NCBI GenBank assembly: GCA_951406725.2
Contig: OX597819.1
Span: 60,388,001 to 60,452,000 of the forward strand
Direction: 5' to 3'
Origin: Octopus vulgaris
Lineage: Eukaryota
DNA: 64,000 bases
The notes under the pieces were generated by a model. The model was not told the DNA's origin and made no database searches. It saw nothing but the letters and a program-made list of their open reading frames with translations. Of the stretch, positions 37,886-51,200 are shown in pieces. Every line of letters begins with the position of its first letter. Positions within the stretch are counted from its first letter, which is position 1. The position numbers and the translations under genes were made by a program.

Positions 37886-40800
37886 ATGTGAAAGGTTGTA
37901 TTTTGTTTCCATATGTCTTTGTACTGACACTGACTAGACAGTACTGACATTTGTTTGAGTTGCATCATACAACTTGGCAGTTCAGTATGTGGGACCAGTT
38001 GCATAAATGCCTTACTTGCAAAACAAGTAAGGCCGGCATCAGAAAGGTCACCAAGCCATTGAATACTACTTCTAGAAGTTTTGTCCAATCCGTGCCAGCA
38101 TGAAAAACAATGATCATAAACCTGATGGCTTTTTTCTTTTTAATGAATCTAATCATTAATTCAAGGCATCATGAATAAAACTTGAATAATAAACAAGCCA
38201 ATTTTTCATCATTCTGTTTACTCTGTGACTGTGTGAATAAGAAGTTTGCTTCCCACCAACAAAGTTTTAGGTTCAGTCCCTCTGTGTGGCACCTTCCATG
38301 TCTTCTCTGGGCTGACCAAAGACTTGAGTGGATTTGGTAGAGAAACCTGAAAGAAGCCTGTCATATATATGTATGTGTGCATGTGTGTGTGTGGGTGGGG
38401 GGTGTATATATGTTTGTCTCTTTGTCTTGAAATTATATGATAATTATAAATGAGTGTCACTGTCATTCATTTCCAATATTCTGCAAAAACATGTCTGGCG
38501 ATTGAGAAATATCACCTCGTTTGAAAACAGGTGAGGGTAAGCAACAGGAAGAGCATCCAGTTGTAGAATATCTACCTCAATGAACTCCATCTAGTCCACA
38601 CAAGTATGGAAAAGTAGCCATTAAAATGACGACGATGATATCCCTGAAGCATAAATTATTTCATATCACTATAATTAATGACAACAAAATTTAAGAAGCA
38701 ATGCATTTGGTGTCATTTTTAAGTTGTGTCAAAGAATTTAATGTTTTGGTCTGTAATCTTACCTGATGTGGAGTAAAAGACTGAACATGGTGGAAAAGTG
38801 GTTCACGCAAGTCTGGGCTAATTTCAAAGACATTACGAAGTTGTGGTGCTGGCAGTTGCAGAAGTACTTGAAATGATTGTGTCTTAGTTCTTTGACAACA
38901 TCTAATAAAACCTTCCCAAACTCTTTTTTGCTTCCACACCTGTAAATAAAATAAATAAATGCATTCAAGTCATTGAGTAAATTTTTTAAACTAAAATACT
39001 TCCTAACCGTAGGTACAGACATGGTTGTGTGGTTAAGATGTTTTCTTCTCAGTTTTGGGTTCAATTCCAGTGCATGGCACCTTGGGCAAGTGCTTTCTAC
39101 TATGATAGTCCAGGGCCAACCAAAGCCTTTAAAGTGGATTTGGTAAACAGAAACTGAAAGACTATATACTAGCTACGGCAGTACATATTCTAAAATTGGA
39201 ATGATACAGAGTAGATTAGCATGGCCCTTGTGCAAGGACGACACGCAAATTCATGAAGTGTTCCATTTATAAAAAAGGCGGTGAGCTGGCAGAAACGTTA
39301 GCACGCCGGGCGAAATGCTTAGTGGTATTTCGTCTGTCTTTACGTTCTGAGTTCAAATTTCGCCAAGGTCAACTTTGCCTTTCATCCTTTCGGGGTCGAT
39401 AAATTAAGTACCAGTTACGCACTGGGGTTGATATAATTGACTTAATCCCTTTGTCTGTCCTTGTTTGTCCCCTCTATGTTTAGCCCCTTGTAGGCAATAA
39501 AGAAATAAGAAACTGAAAGAAGCCTATCATATATGTGGGTGTATAGGTGTTTGTATTTCTTTGTCTTCACATCACATGGCGGTTATAAGAGAGTGCTATC
39601 ATTCTAAAAGCAGTTTCATTTGTTTCCAATTTTCAATGAAAAGATGTCCAACCATGCTGAAATATTACCTTGCCTGAAAGCAGATGAGGGTTGGTGACAG
39701 AAAGAGTATCCAGCCATAGAAAAACTGCTTCAATGAATACCATGTGACCCATGCACGCATGGAAAAGTGGGCATGATGATAATGATGATGCATTATGATA
39801 TAAATGTGTAACCTAAGTTGAAAAACAAAGACAGTTAAAAGGTAAACCACACAACACTAGTTTGTGCAGAATGAAAAACAATATATCAAGATAGAAAAAG
39901 ACAAGACATTATGATAATCAATGGTGTAGTCATACCTGTTTGGTGATAAGTCTTTGTAAAATGTTCATCACAAATCCAATGAGACGTGGATACATGGATA
40001 AAGACTGCAGAACTGTTCGCATCAGAAGAGTGGGAAGAGGGTTCAATTCCATCAACTGCTGCATTACTACAGCCAAAACCTCCTGGGTGTAAACATTTTT
40101 CTCACTAAAACATAAATTGGTAGCTACAAGAAACAAAATATAAACAATTAAAACAACAACATAAAAGATTGTCATTTTGGAAGAAATATTCACCAGTCTA
40201 TTTGTAAAAGATGACAACACTGTCGATCAGTTATTTGATGTGAATTGTAACAAGTAATCATCATTGTTTAACGTCCACTTTCCATGCTGGCATGGGTTCG
40301 ACTGTTTGACTGAGGAATGGCAAACAAGGAGGCTGCACCAGGCTCCAATCTGATCTGTCAAGGTTTCTACAGCTGGATGCCCTTCTTAAAACCACTCTGA
40401 GAGTGTAGTGGGTGATTTTTTACAAGCCACCAGCAAATCAGGTGATATTGGTATCGACCATATTTGAATGGAGCTTTTTACATGCCACTGGTATAGGAGC
40501 CAGTCAGGCGGCACTGGCATTGACCATGCTCGAATGGTGCTTTTTACATGACACCAGCACAGGGGCCAGTCAATCAGCAGTGGCATTGACCAAACTCAAA
40601 TGGTGCTTTTTATTTGCCACTGGCTCAAGAGAGAATTGAGATACTAGCAGCAGATAGTAGAGAAAGAAATTGAATTTAAAAAAAAAACTGAAAAATTCGA
40701 TGAATTCTTTTAGTCTTAATTTTATTCTGTATTTAAGAGCAATTTAGCAAATTTAAAAATCTAATATTCACTTAATCTTAACTATTGGTTTCAAAATTTG

Positions 40801-43800
40801 GCACAAGGCCAGCAATTTTGAGGGAGGGGTAAGTTGACTTCATTGACCCCAGTGCGCAACTGGTATATATTTTATCAACCCTGAAAAGATGAAAGGCAAA
40901 GTCAACCCCAGCAGAATTTGAATGCAAAACATAAGCATTTTATCTGGTGTGCTAATGGTTCTACCAGCTTCCTGCCTTACTAAATCTTAAATACTAAAAA
41001 CAAAATGGAAAGCAGTAAATCAATTTAATGCATACCTTTGATGATGGTCTTCATATCGCATTTTGTAGGATCAATGTTATGTAAAGCAATCAAAAGCTCA
41101 GCTGGAGTCAACGGTGAAGTGTAAGAAGCATCAGCATTGGCTACAATAAAATATAAACATATATGATTCGAGATACATTAGCTGCATACAATATAACACT
41201 AATGTACTTAAAGTTGGTGCTCCAGTATGGCCGCAGTTAAATGACTGAAGCAAGTAAAAGAATAAAAGAAAATGTTTCTCAAAAGATATTGAGTATATTT
41301 CTAAGATATCTTGGTTACCAGCTATACAACTAACAATCAAAGAAATATCACATACCTATATCATTATGATAAACATCTGGTAAAGTCAAAGAACTGACAG
41401 TCCTGTAAAACTTACAAAATTTGTTCATATGCTAAACAAAAGTTAATTTTCCTACGACATAAAAAAATCCAATATGGGTTTAGTTTTATCATAGTATAAA
41501 TGATTTTATGCTATTTTACCAGCAATCTATTGTTCATTTCCCCACTTAAAATACCATACAACTATCCAGCTGAAAAGTACAGTTGTTCATAAGAGTTAGA
41601 AATTTGCTTCAACCAATTATGTCAATATCTAAGTAGCTATTTATTTCATCTGAAAATCATCATCGTTTAATGTCCGCTTTCCATGCTAGCATGGGTTGGA
41701 CAATTTGACTGAGGACTGGCAAACCAGATGGCTGCACCAGGCTCTAATCTGATATGGCAGAGTTTCTACAGCTGGATGCCCTTCCTAACGCCAACCACTC
41801 CGAGAGTGTAGTGGGTGCTTTTATGTGCTGCCAGTATGAGGACTAGTCAGGTGGTACTGGCAATGGCCACGCTCAAGTGGTGTTTTTTATGTGCCACCTG
41901 CACAGGAGCCAGTCCAGCGGCACTGGTAGCAACCTTGCTTGAATGTTTTTCACATGCCACCAGCACTATTACCAGTACGGTGACACTGGTAACGATCACG
42001 TTTGAATGGTGCTTTTTACGTGCCACCAGCATGGAAGCCAGTCAGCTGCTCTGGCAGCGAATCACGCTTGGATGGTGCTCTTAGCGCTCCACTGGCATGG
42101 GTGCCAGTCGAAAATTCCCTTGTTTCAAAATCATAATGGTTTTTTGGTTAAAACATTTAGATTCAATGTCTAAAAGTTATATTAAAATCAAGACATTTTT
42201 ATATCTCACTGTTGTCTCTTAAATTACTGGTCACGTCACTGTTGTTTAATGCCCATTTTCCTGACAAGCTAAAGGACTGTACCAAGCTCCAATGTATGCT
42301 TTGGGATGATTTCTACAGCTGGATGCCTCTTTCCAATGACAACCACTTTACAGAGTGTTCTGGGTGCTTTCTTTCTGTGGCACAAACACTAGTGAGATAA
42401 CCAAGGTAAAGATCCCTCAACTGAGAGGGTGAGTAGTATTGAGGGAGGTGGTTTTATGTTAGTTATGAGAGGTTAAAGTATGACAGAGAGATATGAACAG
42501 GTGTGTAGTTATGGAGGAGATATATGGCTAACCCAGTCAGAAAAAAAGAGAAAATGGTGGTGGTAAGGTATCAGGGCATATCCTCAAGATACAAGAATAT
42601 CACATGTCACACCTTTGCTCCAGAAATACAAATCACTTGACAAGTCAATTTATTTCATATCGAAACTTTTAAGATTCACTTCTGCTTTCAAATTTTGTAG
42701 TTAGCTGTTTGTAAGAGGAGTTTGAATAACTTCAACGTACCACTCACTCCTTAAAATGATTCAATAATTAGAAATAGAGTGATCAGTTCTAATATCAATT
42801 TGAATTTAAACTGCTTATGACTTTTAGTCTGGGAATAAAGATGTGTGTTGATGGTTCATTTAACCCTTTAGTTACCAACCCAGCTGAAACCGGCTCTTGC
42901 TCTGAGTACAAATGTCTTGTTTTCATAAGTTTTGAATTAAAATCTTCCACCAAACCTTAGGCACAATTTATGTTCCTAGCACTAGCTGAACGATAACTAA
43001 GTTATTTTACTAAATTCTTTGTTATATTTAAAGTAATTGAAAGAAACAGAGAGTATCTCAAAATAAATACAGTAATGAAGGGGTTAAGCCATTCCATATT
43101 GGAGAACTGGAATAATGAATTGGTGAATTTTGCTGCAATATGGTAATGAAGATAATGATAACACAGTATTCATTTCTTCAACCCTTTTGTTACCATATTT
43201 CTGTTGAAATTCACAACCTTTGTCTCTATTAATTTTTAAAATAATGAAGAATTTAGTAAAATAACTTTGTTATTCTGTAGGTGTCTGAAAATAAATTAAC
43301 AAGAAATTTTGAGAAGAGGTTTTACATTAGGTCACTTTAAAATACAGGCAGTTTGGTATCAAAAGGGATGATAGTAAAATATAATGCTGTTAGAATGGAG
43401 TAATCATCATCATTTTTAATATCATCTGAAAAAAATTAACTATAAATTGGTTTCCAGTTAAGAATAGCAATTCAAAGATCAATAACTTACCATGGCCAAG
43501 TAATCTGTTAAAAACTTCCTTTACAACAATTGGATTTAATCTAATCAGTTTGGGTAAAGCAGCCAAAACCTCTTTCTGGAAGATACAATAATATACAGTA
43601 ATAATTTAATACTTAGAAAATTGATTTTATAAATGTTGAGAACGTTAACAAAAATCCATGTCTTTGAATGGAACATAGAGCCATTGTGATTTATATTCCA
43701 GACATATGAAAGTAAATTGATCAAGCTTAATAAAATTTTAATTTGAATAAAGTATGGTTGCAGACACAATGGTCGATATTTAACAAACCCAGAAAACCAA

Positions 43801-45546
43801 TATGGTAGGTATGGATTAATATTTTGTAGAACAATGGAAGGAATTTTTCACATCAATACTAAAAGACATTAAACCAATACCTTATACTGCCAGTTAACTG
43901 ATCAATATTTCACATGTAAACTAATTAAGAGAAAAGCAGTGTAGTGCTTCACAGTAGTTACTGTAGAAAAACAAAGTGGCAAAGGCATGCAATTAGAACT
44001 CTTCCAAGATAAATACAAAAAAAAAGCTCCCTCTACTTGTCACTTGAAATTCATCCAGAATGTTTATCTTTTGGTCAAACAGTTAAAAGGTCAAACCATT
44101 TATAAAGAGATCTTTATTTGATTTAAGGATTGTTAGCAGAAATAAAGCTATATGGTCTGTTAAAATGTTAATTTGTTTTTGATTATGACATGGGAGTTAT
44201 ATACCATGCTTATGAACACAATATAACGATTAGTAGAGAGGTTTGAACTAATGACCATGTATTCCATAGTCTAACACCTTAATCACATTTTTTTTTATCC
44301 AAATATATTTTTTATTTTCATAAAATTCAGAATGAAATCTGTTCATTTCATTATATTCTTTCCTATTCATAATTATGTGAAATAGAATTTCCAATCCTAC
44401 TTCTTGTTTATAACAAAGATTTTTTTAAACTATCTTATGAAAGGGAAAAGTGAGATGAAATATAAACTAGTATAAATAAATTTACAACTCTTGTTTAGTA
44501 AATTGATTGATAGAATTTTATAATATTGCAATAAGCATTCATTTCCTTTTATTTGCAATTCTAATGTCTATTATTTAAATATTAATGCTAGAAACAAATT
44601 TTATCATCCATGGTTCCATGGCCTCATTTTATATCTATAAAATTCTCCTAAAAAGACAGCACATAATAATATCTAGATACATTACACTTGCAATTTTACT
44701 GATATGATCATCTGAAAGTGTGGATGCTTTTAGACAACAAAATTCAAAAGCTAGTTTTTACTTATAGTGGAGTTTTGTTTCATTTACAAATCCTGCCCAA
44801 GTTAAACCATCCAAGAAGAGGGTTGGCTTGTCCAGAACACATTATGCAAAGAAGTCTTTAGTGATGTCCCAACGACATAATCATAATTATGGGAGCAAAT
44901 TTCAAGTCATCTTGTAACAAGAATAAAGCTAATTGGTCGAAATAAATTTACCTTTCGTAATCCAGTGAGCACAGGTATTAAGAAACGAACATCTGGAACT
45001 CTTTTATGATAAAGATCTCGGACTCGTTCGACTAGCTCAGGAGAAGGAACACCTATAAGACAACAAAACCAAGGAAATTATTTTTGTAAAATTTACAAGA
45101 TATATTGAAAACAGTCAAAAGACCTTGTTATATGAAAAAATTAGTTGTGGTGGTCAAATTTGTTGTCTAGTGAGAATTTATTAGAGTTTGTTTGCGAAAG
45201 TGTTCAAGTGCATATTTAGACTGGATTTAGTTCTACCTTATGAAAGTAAAATCTGTGAATAGTGAACAAAGAACAATTTAGGAAATGTTAAATCTGGCAC
45301 TGATACAAGAATCCATAATAACATAAAACCAAGAAGCAAACAGAAATAATACAAATTCAACTTTATAATTTTTATCAAATTCTTACTTTTATCAGTGAGG
45401 ATATGGATTACTCTTGTAACAAGGGTCTCTGCTCCTTTTGGACAATTTTCAACTAAAAGCAACAGTTCAGGAGAGTCCATGCCCATTCCTCGAACCTAAA
45501 AGTAAAAAAATGATAATTTCATTTAAGATATCATAATACATACACA

Positions 45547-45601
<55 letters not shown>

Positions 45602-45832
45602 CACACACACACACACACACTTATATATATATATAAATAAGGATAAGATCATTATTTTAAATAGCAGTTAAATTTAGTGGCAGCATGGGAAGAAAAAACC
45701 TTATAGGTTATAATAATTATTATATTTAAAAACAAGGCTGAGAGATACCAGCATGCTTGAAATAGCAGTCAAAACCAGGTTTTGACAACTATTTCAAGCA
45801 TGATGGTATCTTTTAGATACCCTTGTTTATAA

Positions 45833-45877
<45 letters not shown>

Positions 45878-46083
45878 AGGGATTCTGAACAGTTCCTGGC
45901 TTTAAGGGTATTGCAAAAGGCCTGGTTGGCGGTCCAACTTTCAAAGTTCTTTTACAGGGCTTACAAAAACTGATGGATGACTGTAATAAGCATGTGGCTC
46001 TGAGAGGGGAACATGTTGAATAATTAACAGATCCTCCTGCATTGTCTTCTACCTAAAGCCAGGAACTTTTCAGCACCTCCTCA

Positions 46084-46143
<60 letters not shown>

Positions 46144-48178
46144 CATACATACATACATACATACATACAAACACATACAATATTTTACAAAGTTTCAATT
46201 TCATCAAAGATTACTATGACTACATTGGTGGAGTAGCAGAATTGTCAGGCATCAGTTTGGCTCATTACATTCTGAGCTCAAATCCCACTGTGATAGCAGT
46301 CGAGTTTATTTCAGATATTCTCATTTTAAAAATCATTTCTAGCTAATTGTTGAGAGGAGATTGGTATTGCCTTGGTGGAGGTTTGTGCTCTTTGAGTGCT
46401 CGTTATTATTATTATTATAATTATTAAGGCAAGCTAGCAGAATCATTAGCATGCCAGGCAAAATTCTTAGCAGCATTTCATCTGGCTTTTCATTCAGAGT
46501 TCAAATTCCACCGAGGTTGACTTTGCCTTTCATCCTTCTTCTGGCTGATGAAATAAGTACCTGTTACACACTGGGGTCGATGTAATTGACTAGTCCCCTC
46601 TCCAAAAATTTCAGGCTTTGTGCCTATAGTAGAAAGGATTATTATTATTATTAGTAGTAGTAGTAGTAGTAGCAGCAGCAGCAGCAGTAGCAATATTTAC
46701 ATCACTGCAAAGTAGGTAATAAGAGTTACTAGTGCCCTATTTAGTCCAAACTGTTTCTACGTCACTGAATCTATTAGAGAGTATTCATTTACTACAGATG
46801 GTAAAAAAAAAAGAAGGTTACAAGAAAATGGATGTGGTGTGTCATGTAGAGTGGAAGCATCAGGATGAAGTCAGAAGTCTTGATGTTTGAACTGTTATAG
46901 GCAATTAGTTAAAAAAAACTCACCATGGTGAAAACAAAAATTTCATACATAAACTTGTGGTTTATGGAAAGTGTTTTGAATAATAGTTGAAAAACAACAA
47001 CAAAAAAGGGGGGGGGGATAAGAAAGCAGAGGAACATACCGGATTTTCTAAAACCCTGAGGATAGTTCTTTTGATATCTGCTGAAGTCGCTGTATATACA
47101 GTGGCTAGCCTAGACAAAAATGAGAAAATCAGTTCTTCAGTTATCTTTACTTCACTTGACAAACATTACATGTAATCAGTAATAAATTCTGTGTGTGTGT
47201 GTGTGTAGATATACATATATACTTATATGTGTATATGTATGTGTATCTTTATGTATACATACGCACACATATATATATACATAAAATTTTATCTCAATAA
47301 TCTATTTTTTTCTGGGAGAGGCTTCTGCCCCTCAAACTCCCTACTTCATTCCCTACATATCTTTATACTTTTTTAGATGGTAATGCTTTGCTGTGTGTAT
47401 ATGTAAATGTAAACACTTTCCTAAATAAAACTGCACATCATTTTTGAAGTTCTAATTTTGCTATAGGGTAATACACAAGTGTTAAACTAAGGGTGCATTG
47501 TATCTTATAGCAGAAACAGCTGTAAGCTAATGGGGTCTATGACAATTTCTTATTACCTTATGATTTTAATTTCTTATCTATCATCATCATCGTCGTTTAA
47601 TGTCCACTTTCCATGCTGGCATGGGTTGGATGGTTTGACTGAGGACTGGCAAGCCAGGAGGCTACACCAGGCTCCAATCTGATCTGGCAAGGTTTATACA
47701 GTTGGATGCCCTTCCTAATGCCAACCACTCCAAGAGTGTAGTGGGTGCTTTTTACATACCACTGGCACAGGAGCCAGGCACTGGCATCAACCACCCACCT
47801 ACACTCCCCCACACACACACATATACAGCAAATATTTTATTAGAAATTTGGAATTAGTTCTATTAGATTCATTTAAAACAGAAAGATTTATAAATGATGT
47901 GTTGAATGCATAGCCTAACTCTTAAATCTTGCTTTTTGATAGGGTTTATCATAACAAACACAATATGCAGGTTTCTTGAAGAAATCCTGTGTAATGAATA
48001 TCAAACACTTACTCATGAATTAATTTGTGGTTACTGGGTAACAGACCAAGATATAAATACAAGCAGAGTTTAATGCAATCTTCTACCCAGGTTTCCGGAG
48101 GATCTGATAATAAAAAAATATATATATATTCTTTTACTTGTTTCAGTCATTTGACTGCAGCCAAGCTGGAGCAACACC

Positions 48179-48228
<50 letters not shown>

Positions 48229-51200
48229 TTTAAATAAATTTTAACTCATTAAAAAAGATAAATATACAAATATGGATGGACAAGTACACACATACACATA
48301 CATGTGTATATGAAAGCAGGCCAATTATAAATGTATTGATACTAAATAAAATCTGATAGCCTTCCTGCAGGCAACCTCTCTAGTGCTTGTGCCATAACAA
48401 CATGTAGCCAGTCCATACCAGTGCAGTCTTCTTTCTTGCACATCACATCTGATTTCTCTGATGCCCAATTTTTCTCTCAGAAAATTTATGCTATGCCGTC
48501 CAAGCACACTTACAACAAAGCATGCTTGTTCCATTTCTTTCCATTCTTCTCATGTCCTCTGTGTTTAAAATCCATGTCTCACTTCCATGCAGCATTGCAG
48601 CTCCAACATAAGCATCATACAATCTGGTTTTCATCTTGTGGGAAAAAACCATTGTTGTCAGCAGCAGTAGAAGTAGCTTGTTGAACTTTCTTCAACAAAC
48701 TCTTACTCTGGCTAAAATACTTTCAAAGCAACCACCTCTATTGCTGATGACATCTCACAGATAGCAAAAACTATCAACTACTTCTAATGAAATGCTCAGG
48801 TAATCAAGGGGTTCTGTTTCTGGTGTGTTCATGGAATATACTATTCCAGTGCATCTATTGGATATGAAGTTTAAGTTCTTTATTACTCAGCCTGTGATTC
48901 CACTAGATCTCGTGTCCTTTACTTATATCGAGTGCAGCATATAGAGTTTACGCCTACTCCTTTTCTGCATTTAAAGCAAAACCATTTCTTTGAGGGATAC
49001 TTGGGACCTGCCTTCTTTCCTGCTCACTAAAACCTTTGTTTTTGCTAAGTTTACCTCAAGGCCTTTCAACTCCAGATTTAGCTTCCACACCTGGAATTTC
49101 CTAATTCCCCCAATAGATTCAGCTCTGAGTACTAGATCATCAGCATATAGTTCCCATAAACAGCCAGTCTTAAACTCCTCTATGATGGCCTGTAGGACTA
49201 TGATGAAAAGTAGGGGACTGAGAACTGAACCTTAATAGATTCCGACCCTTATACTGAATTCCTCACTGAAGTCATTGGTGACTCCCTCTTTAGTTACAGT
49301 GATTTTGAAGTTAACTTGCACTTCTCTCACAAGCCATTCATCAATGCCTAATTTCCTTAGTGATCACTAGATTACTGTATATAATAACATGTTGAGGCCA
49401 GGAATAAATAGTTTACTCTTAGCCAAACATTTCTCCTGTAGTTGGCACATTAGAAAGATTGCATCTGTGACACCTTTCCAAGTACAAATTATCATCATCA
49501 TCATCATTGTTTAACATCCACCTTCCATACTGGGATGGGTAGGATGGTTTGACAGGAGCCAGCCAAACAGGAGCAGCACCAGACTTCTGTGTTTGTTTTG
49601 GCAGGGTTTTTATAGCTGGATGTCCTTCCTAACACCAACCACCCAGCAGAGTGGACAAACTATAAATATTACTGATAAAAATAATATCAAAATACATAAA
49701 GAAAGTAATAATAATTATGTTTCTTAAACAGTGTGTCTGCAAACCAGAATATGAATCAAAAGACAACCTACAGCAGCATTGTAAGAAGGGGAAGTTTTAA
49801 TTAAAAGTAACTTACCACTTTTTAATTTTGTTGCTGAAAACAATTCTGGTGGAGGTTTGGGGCTGAGCAGATATCGAAGGTAAGTTAATGCATGAGCCTA
49901 TACAAGAAGAAATGGATAAAAGGTTAATTAGTCAGGTATATTTTTGCTAAAAATGATTTTTCTTTTACAAAAGATGATTTTTTTTTTGAAGGGAGTTGGG
50001 GGAATACAGTTAAATCAACCTTTTTACACTAATAATATATGTTTATTTCTGCAGGGTGATGATAAGCAAAGTGGATTAAAAGGAATGAAACTGTAAAGAT
50101 TTATTGAAATAATTTTAAAACATTAACACTCTGAAGTTTCTTAAAATTATTTTTATCCTTTTTTATCTTTTACAGTTTGTTTCAGTCATTGTACTACAGA
50201 GATGCTGGGGTGCAGTCTTGAAGGGTTTAGTCAAACAAATTGACCTCAGTTCCTTTTAGTTAAGCCTGGTACTTATTCTATTGGTGTGTGTTGCCGAAAT
50301 GTTATGGGGATGTAAACAAACCAAAGCTGATTGTCAAGCAATGATGGGGGACAAACACACAAACACATATGTGATGGGCTTCTTTCAATTTCCCTCCACC
50401 AAATCCACTCACAAGGCAATATTCAACTCAGGGCTATAGTAGAAGACATTTTCCCAAACTGCCATGCAGTGGGACTGAACCGAGAATCATGTGGTGTTGA
50501 GATACAACACCACTTCTTATCACACAAATATATATATTCTAAATCTATACCAGATATTTCTGAATAATAGTGTTGTTGGGAATAAACTTGCAACAGATCA
50601 ACCATTAATTCACTACATATCTAATGGCAAGAGTGACAAGGGAGTATCTGTGCAACTTGGGCAGTCAATAACATAAGTCGTTGCTTCCTTCCACATACTG
50701 ATTTACCAATAATTTCTTGTTCACGTTTATATCTTTTGATGGTCAATGATTTACTCACTATCTATTCAAAGTTTCGTGCAAAGTGTTCGTTCAAACAGCC
50801 CAACATGGACAGATTGTGTCAAACAGCACCTAGCTAGTAAATGAGTCACTGATTTTAAACAAGTAAACCTTACTACGTGTATAGAGCACTATTTTTCGCA
50901 TTTGCATTTCTAAACATGAGGCTTCTGCAATTTCTATCTACCACATTTCACTCTCAAGGGCATAGGTGAACCAGAGACAATAGCAGCAGAAGACACTTGA
51001 TCAATGATCATCGTCAGCAGCAGGATTTAATACCTGTTTTCCATGCTGGCATGGGTTGGAAGGTTTGATAGGATCTGGCAAGTTAGAAGACTGTGCCAAA
51101 CTCTACTGTCTGCTTTGGATTGGTTTCTATGGCTGGATGCTTTTCTTAACGGCAACCACTTTACAGTGTGTATTCGGTGCTTTTAATCAAGTGTCCAATT

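Noticed and set aside
39166-39268. Functional U6 snRNA gene
   Set aside because: ACAGAGA box mutated, CpG decay, no T-run terminator, and embedded in a SINE between TSDs.
50743-50852. Imperfect 18-bp inverted repeat
   Set aside because: Too short and mismatched; at most a decayed MITE.
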